Shown one piece after another: positions 29,631 to 37,366 of a stretch of 43,022 nucleotides of DNA. The notes under the pieces were generated by a model. It did no database searches. It saw only the letters and a program-made list of their open reading frames with translations, and was not told where the DNA came from. The position numbers and the translations under genes are program-made. The DNA comes from a virus (Duplodnaviria > Caudoviricetes): positions 1 to 43,022 of the IMG/VR virus record IMGVR_UViG_3300006123_000021, one strand, 5' to 3'. The stretch's first letter is position 1, and each line of letters starts with the position of its first letter.

Positions 29631-30232
29631 TGTCACTACCTTCAAGTCTGCCAGTACAATTAAGTCAGGTCATAAACACATTTAATGGACCATCAAATCT
29701 AGGATCATATCTTAGAGGTGGAAGTTATGTTCCTAATGATCAATTGTCTGGACAAGCAGGTATTCCAAATTCTTATCCTTTAAATTTATCACCATTTGTT
29801 GGTAGTGGAAATGGATTTGGCGCTCAGTGGACAATTAATACTGGACAGCACGTTACTTCTCCATATGAAATTGGATATGATGGTCCAGCTTCAACAGGAT
29901 CAATACCAACCTCGCCAACATATGTTTTTTCTGGACATACAGCAACAATAACAAAAATTGTTGATGCATATAACAGTTCTTCTTTCGGCTCAGCGAACTA
30001 TAGAAACACTATTTTGTGGTTAGATTCTTCTGTAAGTTTAGTTTCATATTCTTTAACTTTTGTAATACTAGGAAGTCTTAACAATGGAAGTTATCTCACT
30101 CTTCCTAGTTCTAGCGCAACTGTGACATATTCAAACCCTCATACAATATTTTCTTGGTCATATACTTTATCTCAATTAATTAATGGTCCAAACTTTCAAA
30201 GCGGTTATTCTTATAGCGGATATATACTATAA
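29630..30232 (+). CDS. Putative fibre-tip adhesin / receptor-binding protein
   Basis: TAATG-coupled to the S74 fibre gene. N-terminal LP.S.P..LS.V...F....LG.Y.RGG.YV resembles fibre-associated adhesin N-termini; the remainder is Ser/Tyr-rich and beta-like. Confidence 0.55.
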   Translation: MSLPSSLPVQLSQVINTFNGPSNLGSYLRGGSYVPNDQLSGQAGIPNSYPLNLSPFVGSGNGFGAQWTINTGQHVTSPYEIGYDGPASTGSIPTSPTYVFSGHTATITKIVDAYNSSSFGSANYRNTILWLDSSVSLVSYSLTFVILGSLNNGSYLTLPSSSATVTYSNPHTIFSWSYTLSQLINGPNFQSGYSYSGYIL

Positions 30233-30256
30233 TAGCGATTAAATAATGGAGTTATT

Positions 30257-30829
30257 ATGAAAGGTGAGTGGTGTTTTTTTAAGAGTTATCTAGACGCAAA
30301 AACTTGCGATTCTATTGTTGAGGTTATAAAAAACAGACCAGCAAAGGATGCAACTTTAGGTGTTCAAGGTGTTGTGGCAGATTCTAATTTTAGAAGATCT
30401 AATATTAGATTTGTAAACGAAGGCGACACCGAATTAAGTTATGTTTTTGATACCTTATGGAAAACTGCTTTAAATGCAAATAAAGAATGGTTTGATTTTC
30501 ATATAACTAATCTGGACTATTTTCAAGTCGCAGAATACAAATCTGAAAATAAAGGCGAATATAAAAAACACCAAGATGTGTTTTGGGTAAATCAACAATC
30601 AACAAGACATCGTAAGCTTTCTTGTATAATTCAACTCTCTGACCCTACTAAATATGAGGGTGGCGATTTGGAACTTTATAATCTAGAAGAATACCCTAAA
30701 AAGGAAGATTTAAGAGCTCAGGGAACGATAATCTTTTTCCCTTCTTTTATCTACCACGCAGCACTTCCAGTGACAAAAGGCACTAGATATTCGATTGCTG
30801 CTTGGTTTGAGGGTCCAAAATGGAGATAA
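30257..30829 (+). CDS. 2OG-Fe(II) oxygenase (prolyl 4-hydroxylase/PKHD-like)
   Basis: R.S...F, Q.AEY......Y..HQD (HxD), RKLS.IIQLSDP..YEGGDL, G.IIFFPSF..H...PVTKGTRYS..AW..GP.WR; SD GGAG and an upstream ATTAAATA. Confidence 0.93.
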   Translation: MKGEWCFFKSYLDAKTCDSIVEVIKNRPAKDATLGVQGVVADSNFRRSNIRFVNEGDTELSYVFDTLWKTALNANKEWFDFHITNLDYFQVAEYKSENKGEYKKHQDVFWVNQQSTRHRKLSCIIQLSDPTKYEGGDLELYNLEEYPKKEDLRAQGTIIFFPSFIYHAALPVTKGTRYSIAAWFEGPKWR

Positions 30830-30858
30830 AATTCCCAATTTTGTAATGAGTTAATAAT

Positions 30859-30866
30859 AATAAATA
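30859..30866 (+). promoter_or_regulatory. Late promoter for the 30901 operon, in the loop of an imperfect inverted repeat
   Basis: AATAAATA, 34 nt upstream of the ATG at 30901; flanking arms at 30828-30850 and 30876-30897. Confidence 0.65.
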
Positions 30867-30900
30867 AGCTTATATCTCATTCGCAATTCGGAATTTTTAA

Positions 30901-31239
30901 ATGAGCTCAGCATACACAGATCTATACATCGACGCAGGCGCGGACTTTTCAACCACTTTCGATCTAGTTGCTGACGATGGAACTCCAATTAACATTCAAG
31001 GCTATTCTTTCCGTAGCCAAATAAGAAAATCCTACTATTCCGCAAATGCGACCGCTAATCTTATAATTACAACTGTAGACGCATCTAATGGAAACACCAT
31101 AATTTCCATAGATGCGGCTAACACTGCAAACATTTTCCCTGGAAGATATGTTTATGATGTCAAGATGATTGACTCTGCGAATACCACTACACGTATTCTT
31201 GAGGGAATTGCAACTATTACACCACAGGCAACTCAATAA
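30901..31239 (+). CDS. Conserved small virion structural protein (Ig-like/BppU-like)
   Basis: Y.DLYID.GADFS, GY.F.SQIRKSY.S, T.....GRYVYDV, R.LEG..TITP; widespread before fibre genes in T4-like phages. Confidence 0.75.
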   Translation: MSSAYTDLYIDAGADFSTTFDLVADDGTPINIQGYSFRSQIRKSYYSANATANLIITTVDASNGNTIISIDAANTANIFPGRYVYDVKMIDSANTTTRILEGIATITPQATQ

Positions 31240-31439
31240 TGAAGATAGTAGTTACCAATAATAATCCTATTGGGAAAGTCAACTTCTCTAAGGTTGCCAA
31301 AGTTTCTGGAACTATCATTCTTGCTGATATTTCAGATGTAAAAATTCCAAGCACCATTCAAAACGGAGCGGTGCTAACATACAACGCAGCGAATAACGTT
31401 TATATTTTGCAAAATGCAGTAGACGGCGGTGAGTTCTAA
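31239..31439 (+). CDS. Small hypothetical fibre-associated protein
   Basis: TAATG coupling; L.DISDV......GAVL.YN......DGGEF pattern. Confidence 0.7.
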   Translation: MKIVVTNNNPIGKVNFSKVAKVSGTIILADISDVKIPSTIQNGAVLTYNAANNVYILQNAVDGGEF

Positions 31440-34400
31440 ATGGCAAATACCATAATTCAAATTAAACGTTCGCAAGCGAACACTCCAGCTAACCTTGCAT
31501 ATGGCGAATTGGCATATTCATTTGCTTCAAATTCATTGTATATTGGTGGAATTACTGGTGCACCAGTTTCTGTTACTGACCAAGCAACAGCAAATATTGC
31601 TAGACAAGCATATGATCAAGCTAACGCAGCTTACGGTCAAGCAAATGCTGCTTATGGTGCTGCTAACACTGGATCTGCTCAAGCCAATGGTGCTTATGCG
31701 CAAGCTAATGGGGCATATGCTCAGGCTAACGGCGCATACAATCAAGCCAATGGAGCATATGCTCAGGCTAATGCTGTTTACACAGCAGCAAATACGACTT
31801 TTGCAACTATTAACTCTACATTTGGTATTGTAAATGCCAATATGACTTCTGCTAACAGCGCGATTGCTTCTATCAATGCTGCTGTTGCCAATATCAATAC
31901 AAATATCACAGCAGCTAATAGTGCGATTGCTACATTAAATGCCTATACTGGAACTGTTAATGTAGCATTTAATTTTACAAACTCTGCAATTACAGCTGTT
32001 AATACAAATATGACAGCAGCTAACTCTGCTATTGCAAGTATTAATGCTGCAGTCGCAAATATTAATACAAATATTACAGCGGCTAATAGTGCGATTGCTG
32101 CACTTAATTCTGCAGCTTCTACAACTAATAGTACATTTGGTACAATCAATACAACATTCGGAACCATCAATACCAATATTGGTACTGCTTATTCGCAAGC
32201 TAATGCTGCATATCTTCAAGCAAATAATGCTTATGCTAATGCTAACTTAAAATTAAACATTGCTGGTGGTACTATTACTGGCAGCTTGAACGTTGCGAAT
32301 GATGTTTCTATTAGTGGAAATTTATTTGTTTTAGGAACAACAACAAACGTTAATACTGTAAATTTAATTGTTGATTCCAATACAATTTTAATTGCAGCTA
32401 ATCAAATCTCACCAGTTGTAAACGGTTACATTACAGTTGAGCGCGGACCAGGAAATCAAAACACATCATTAGTTTGGAATGAATCCGCAACTAAGTGGGG
32501 ATATATCGAAACCAATGGCACATTCATTGCGTTTGATTCGATTTATTCTCAAGCCAACAGCGCATATAGTCAAGCGAACTTAGCTTATACTGCGGCAAAC
32601 ACAGGTCAAACAACAGCCAACTTGGCTTACGCCAATGCTAACTTGGCTTTAACAACTGCAAATAATGCATATGCTCAAGCTAATGCTGCTTATCTTGCAG
32701 CGAACAATAACATTCCAGATATTTACGCAAACAGCGGATTAGTATTAGCTAATGCTGCTAACTTAGCATTTAATAACACAGCAACAGTCAATGCTGTTGT
32801 TACAGCCAACGGAACAATTGGTGCGAATATCGCCTTCAACATCAACACAACAATGAATCTTGTCTCATTGAATGTTTCAGGAAATATCGCAAATGCTGGC
32901 AATTTACTTGTAACTCAAAACGTTTATGCTGGCAACTTAAACATTGCGACATTGGCAAATATTGCTTCAGCTAATATTCCAACTATTAATGCAAACACAA
33001 TCAATACTGTCACATTTATTGCAACCACATCAATTAACACCACAACATTAAACGTTACAACTGCTAACGTCAGCGGAAACATTAACGTTGGTGGATCACT
33101 ATACGGTTCAAATGCCAACGTTGTATTGATTGCTGGTAATTACAGCACCACATTTGATAATACAAGCAACGTAACATTGCCTGGAAACGTACTTGTAGGC
33201 GCTGGTTTTGTTAATGCAGTTTCATACTATACAACAGCTGGACTAGATGTTACTGGTCAAGCTAATGCTGCATACAGTAGAGCAAACTCAGCAGCAAACA
33301 CTGTTGCAGTATATGCTAACGGAACTATTGTTCTACCAAACACAAACATCAACTTCAATAATACTGCGACCGTTAATGTTTTAGCAACAGCAAATGGAAC
33401 TTTACAAACTAATGTTTCTTTCGTTGTCAATGCTGCAGCTGTTGGTGCTGGTGGTTCAAATACTCAATTACAATTTAACAATGCTGGAACTTTCGGCGGC
33501 AGTGCAAATTTAACATACAACGTTGCTCAAAACGTTCTAACTGTTGGTGCTGGAACTGGTAACACATTCAATGTTAATGTGACATCTAACACTGTTTATG
33601 CAAACACATTAAACGTTGCCACATTAAACACTGGTGACTTAACTGTAACTGGTTCAAACAATATCCACTTACCTCCAGGTCAATGGTTAGATTTTGTAAA
33701 CAGAGATACAAACTGGAGAATGGGTTATGGCTTAAATGCATTCTCAACAAATATCGCGAATGCATTGACAGCAGTTCAAGTTGTAATTGGAACAGGAAGT
33801 GCTGGTCCAGACAGCTTTGCTGTTGGTCAAACTTCTAACGGCAGCTCAATTTTTGAATTAGTTGGATATACTAAGAATGCTTACTTTGCCAACAACGTAA
33901 CAATTGCTGGCAACACATATACATCTAACATTAATGTGACCAACCAAATTAGTTTCCCTAATGGAAACTATATTATTCAAGACAATCCGCTTGATCTTAA
34001 TATCACTGGCGCATATCAAATTAGCGTAAAACCAGGTGGCGGTGTCTATCAATGGACATTTGGTAATAACGGAAGTTTAAATAATCCACATATCACATTA
34101 GACTATAATGGTGGAATTAACGCTTCAACTGTTAATGTGTCAACTGGCAACATCACACTACTTTCTGCTGTTGGTGGAACTGTTAGTGGAAATTTAAATG
34201 TTGGTAGTGACTTAACTGTTAGCGGAAACTTGTTTGTTCTAGGAACAACAACTAATGTCAATACTGTAAATTTAATTGTTGATTCTAACACAATTCTACT
34301 TGCAGCTAATCAAACCTCACCAGTTGTAAATGGTTATTTGACTGTCGAACGTGGTTCTGGTCAACAGAACACTTCATTAGTCTGGAACGAAGGTGCTGGC

Positions 34401-35726
34401 AAATGGGGTTACATTGAAACCAATGGCATCTTTATTGCGTTTGATTCGATTTATGCTCAAGCCAACGGTGCTTATGCTCAAGCCAACGGCGCATACGCGC
34501 AAGCGAATGGTGCATATTCTCAAGCTAACGGAGCATACGCTCAAGCCAATATTGCATATGGCCAAGCTAATGCTGCCTATGGTCAAGCAAATCTAGCGTA
34601 TACTGCCGCTAATACTGCTCAAACTACTGCTAATCTCGCATATGCAAATGCTAATCTTGCGCTTTCAACAGCTAACAGCGCATACGGTCAAGCAAATCTA
34701 GCTTACACTGCTGCTAATACAGGACAAACAACTGCAAACTTGGCATATGCCAACGCTAACTTAGCTTTAACAACTGCTAATAGCGCATATGGTCAAGCCA
34801 ACTTAGCCTATACTGCAGCGAACACAGGTCAAACAACAGCCAACTTGGCTTATGCTAACGCTAACTTGGCACTTACAACAGCAAACTCGGCATATGGTCA
34901 AGCGAACCTTGCATACACTGCTGCTAATACTGCTCAAACATCAGCTAATGGAGCATATGCGCAAGCTAATGGTGCTTATGGACAAGCAAATATTGCATAT
35001 GGTCAGGCGAATTCAGCATATGGTCAAGCGAACCTTGCATACACTGCTGCTAATACTGCTCAAACATCAGCTAATGGTGCTTATGCGCAAGCTAATGGAG
35101 CATATGCTCAGGCTAACGGTGCTTATGCCCAAGCAAATATTGCATATGGTCAGGCAAATTCAGCATACGCTCAAGCAAACTTGGCTTATACAGCTGCAAA
35201 TACAGCGCAAACAACTGCTAACTTAGCCTATGCGAATGCTAATGCTGCATACTCACAAGCCAATGCAGCATATACTACTGCAAACACTAAAGTTTACACA
35301 TTCGATCAAACAACACCACCACTAAATGCTAATGCTAATGATCAGTGGGTCAATAGCAACAGCGGAATTATGTATGTTAACGCTAACACCGTAAATCCTC
35401 CAGTTTGGGTAGAGTTTGGTCCTGTTGGTGTTCCAGTTACAAATACTTTCACAACGCAATATATAACTGCAACAACATATGCTGCAAGCAATGCCGATTT
35501 CTATATCGGAATGAACTGCACATCTAATTCTATTGTGACGCTCCCTCTTGCAAACAACGGAACAATGATTGTTGTTAAGGACGAAAGTGGTAATGCTGGT
35601 GTGAACTGTAATGTTGCAGTTGTACCATCAGATGGCGACTTGATCGATGGACAAAACAAAGTAACAATTAACATAAACTATGGATCACTAACATTCATCT
35701 ATAGAAACGGTTGGAGAATAATTTAA
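31440..35726 (+). CDS. Long fibre protein with Ala-Asn heptad coiled-coil repeats
   Basis: N-terminal IQIKRS...P..L.YGELAYS.....LYIG fibre anchor motif; ANxAYxQ heptads; duplicated 98-aa module; C-terminal VTLP....G...VVKDE.G.......I.....IDG......NYGSLTFIY..GW module. Confidence 0.85.
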   Translation: MANTIIQIKRSQANTPANLAYGELAYSFASNSLYIGGITGAPVSVTDQATANIARQAYDQANAAYGQANAAYGAANTGSAQANGAYAQANGAYAQANGAYNQANGAYAQANAVYTAANTTFATINSTFGIVNANMTSANSAIASINAAVANINTNITAANSAIATLNAYTGTVNVAFNFTNSAITAVNTNMTAANSAIASINAAVANINTNITAANSAIAALNSAASTTNSTFGTINTTFGTINTNIGTAYSQANAAYLQANNAYANANLKLNIAGGTITGSLNVANDVSISGNLFVLGTTTNVNTVNLIVDSNTILIAANQISPVVNGYITVERGPGNQNTSLVWNESATKWGYIETNGTFIAFDSIYSQANSAYSQANLAYTAANTGQTTANLAYANANLALTTANNAYAQANAAYLAANNNIPDIYANSGLVLANAANLAFNNTATVNAVVTANGTIGANIAFNINTTMNLVSLNVSGNIANAGNLLVTQNVYAGNLNIATLANIASANIPTINANTINTVTFIATTSINTTTLNVTTANVSGNINVGGSLYGSNANVVLIAGNYSTTFDNTSNVTLPGNVLVGAGFVNAVSYYTTAGLDVTGQANAAYSRANSAANTVAVYANGTIVLPNTNINFNNTATVNVLATANGTLQTNVSFVVNAAAVGAGGSNTQLQFNNAGTFGGSANLTYNVAQNVLTVGAGTGNTFNVNVTSNTVYANTLNVATLNTGDLTVTGSNNIHLPPGQWLDFVNRDTNWRMGYGLNAFSTNIANALTAVQVVIGTGSAGPDSFAVGQTSNGSSIFELVGYTKNAYFANNVTIAGNTYTSNINVTNQISFPNGNYIIQDNPLDLNITGAYQISVKPGGGVYQWTFGNNGSLNNPHITLDYNGGINASTVNVSTGNITLLSAVGGTVSGNLNVGSDLTVSGNLFVLGTTTNVNTVNLIVDSNTILLAANQTSPVVNGYLTVERGSGQQNTSLVWNEGAGKWGYIETNGIFIAFDSIYAQANGAYAQANGAYAQANGAYSQANGAYAQANIAYGQANAAYGQANLAYTAANTAQTTANLAYANANLALSTANSAYGQANLAYTAANTGQTTANLAYANANLALTTANSAYGQANLAYTAANTGQTTANLAYANANLALTTANSAYGQANLAYTAANTAQTSANGAYAQANGAYGQANIAYGQANSAYGQANLAYTAANTAQTSANGAYAQANGAYAQANGAYAQANIAYGQANSAYAQANLAYTAANTAQTTANLAYANANAAYSQANAAYTTANTKVYTFDQTTPPLNANANDQWVNSNSGIMYVNANTVNPPVWVEFGPVGVPVTNTFTTQYITATTYAASNADFYIGMNCTSNSIVTLPLANNGTMIVVKDESGNAGVNCNVAVVPSDGDLIDGQNKVTININYGSLTFIYRNGWRII
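31604..31790 (+). repeat. 21-bp heptad repeat tract (ANGAYAQ)
   Basis: Tandem ANAAYGQ/ANGAYAQ units; boundaries approximate. Confidence 0.85.
34452..35287 (+). repeat. About 40 tandem 21-bp heptad repeats with 105-bp and 126-bp higher-order units
   Basis: ANLAYTA-ANTGQTT-ANLAYAN-ANLALTT-ANSAYGQ-type unit x3; exact 62-bp direct repeat at 34890-34951 and 35016-35077. Confidence 0.92.
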
Positions 35727-37336
35727 TGTCATTTTTATTTTCAAATACTTCTTCAGTATCTTTCACTGACGATATAAATCCACAAATAGACGTCCAAGAG
35801 CGTTTACGTGTTTCTATTCCACAACAACAATGGTGGTATACACCAGCAATTGATGCTGATAATAATTTTAGATACACCACTGCAAATACAGGAAATAATT
35901 CTGGACAATTATTCATTCAAAATTTAGCAGCCGCTGAACTTGCTGGTGGAACTGATGCGAACAGTTCTATGATTCGCGTTTCTCGCCGTCACCATAAAGT
36001 TCGCCCAGGTATCAGCCATTTATGGCAATCAGAATTAAATTGGGATGGAGCAGATCCAAGCGGTAATGTTACAAAACGTGCTGGAATGTTCACCAACTAT
36101 AATGGTATTTTCTTCTATGTGACTAATGATTTTGGAGTTGGTATTCGTCGTCGTTTAATCGATGGAACACTTTATGAAATTGACATTCCTCGCACCAGTT
36201 TCAATTATGATAAGCTCGATGGAACTGGTCCTACTGGATATAATTTCACAGCAAATACAATTCAAAACTTAAGCACTTATGTTTCTACATCAAATGTTGG
36301 AATTGTGGTTCAAGGTGGCGCACAAGCAAACGTTAATGTTTATAATGTAATTTTTACAGCAGCGAATAATCTTGTTGGCGTATTTAATCCTGGACAAAAA
36401 GTATTTGTAAGAGGAATTACACCAAACACATATAATGGCGTTGCAATGGTGTCGAGTGTATATTCTAACGGACAAATTACATTAACATATACAAAAAATC
36501 CTGGAGCTTATTCTTCTGGTGTCGCAACTGCGAATTTAATGCATAATCAGTTTATGAATGAACACGACTGGTTCTTTGATTTTAATGGCGGTCGTTCAAC
36601 AAGAATAAGATTTGGATTAAACACAATAACTGGTCCTACTGTTGTTCACATTCAAGACTTTAGTTCTGCGAATATCGGAAGCCCATATGAAAGCGCACCA
36701 GCTTTTGGTGAACGAACAGAAGTCATTAACAGCGGAACAGTAAGCTATAATCCAACAATGACAATCCACGGTGTCACATACAATGTGGAAGGTGCAGTTG
36801 AAGTTAACCCATATTTCGGTGTTGCTAATTCTAACACTACAGTCGGCGCAGTATTCACAGCAGCTGGTAACACTCGTCCATTAGTCGGTATATCATTAAG
36901 AAATGGTGAGCCATATCAAAGAGCCGATTTACAAATTACAGATGTTTCTATCATAGACGCAAATAATAATTTTACTGCGGGATATGGTGGTGGACCTATG
37001 GGCGTAATATACGGTTCAGCAACATACCAATGGCAGTTAGTATTAAATCCAACAATTACAAACGTTCCTGCACCAACAAATATCGGTAAAGCATCACAAG
37101 TTTACACATATAATGCGGCATCAGCTTGGACAGCTAATACTGGAATTCCATTAACTGGCGGATTGATGACTTCGGCGACATCGATTAATATTAAAGAAGC
37201 GTTAAATTTCATCAATCTTGGAGTTAATGTTAACTATACGACTGCAGACCAAATTGTTCTTATGGTGACAATGCTTGATACTGGAAATCAAAACGGTAAT
37301 GTTTATGCGACAATGTCCTTCGTTGAAGACCTCTAA
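35726..37336 (+). CDS. Conserved hypothetical virion protein
   Basis: Start moved to the ATG at 35726 (TAATG coupling). RLRVS.P, SRRH....PG.S, KR.G.F...NGIFF, R..FN.DKLDGTGP.GY, G..RFG, PL..I.L motifs recalled from phage structural proteins. Confidence 0.72.
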   Translation: MSFLFSNTSSVSFTDDINPQIDVQERLRVSIPQQQWWYTPAIDADNNFRYTTANTGNNSGQLFIQNLAAAELAGGTDANSSMIRVSRRHHKVRPGISHLWQSELNWDGADPSGNVTKRAGMFTNYNGIFFYVTNDFGVGIRRRLIDGTLYEIDIPRTSFNYDKLDGTGPTGYNFTANTIQNLSTYVSTSNVGIVVQGGAQANVNVYNVIFTAANNLVGVFNPGQKVFVRGITPNTYNGVAMVSSVYSNGQITLTYTKNPGAYSSGVATANLMHNQFMNEHDWFFDFNGGRSTRIRFGLNTITGPTVVHIQDFSSANIGSPYESAPAFGERTEVINSGTVSYNPTMTIHGVTYNVEGAVEVNPYFGVANSNTTVGAVFTAAGNTRPLVGISLRNGEPYQRADLQITDVSIIDANNNFTAGYGGGPMGVIYGSATYQWQLVLNPTITNVPAPTNIGKASQVYTYNAASAWTANTGIPLTGGLMTSATSINIKEALNFINLGVNVNYTTADQIVLMVTMLDTGNQNGNVYATMSFVEDL

Positions 37337-37342
37337 TAAATA
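37335..37342 (+). promoter_or_regulatory. Late promoter before the 1150-aa fibre gene
   Basis: AATAAATA, 24 nt upstream of the ATG at 37367. Confidence 0.65.
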
Positions 37343-37366
37343 ATAAAATAAACCAAGAAAGAGAAC

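Noticed and set aside
32265-34466. Duplicated 294-bp segment as a possible DGR template/variable repeat pair
   Set aside because: Both copies are in-frame coding, differences are mostly synonymous and not adenine-specific, and there is no reverse transcriptase in the window.
31495-35226. Short alternative-frame ORFs in the heptad regions
   Set aside because: Shadows of the 21-bp repeats with no RBS or plausible composition.
34452-35287. Regular repeats as a possible CRISPR array
   Set aside because: Tandem degenerate coding repeats without unique spacers; third-position variation shows protein-level constraint.
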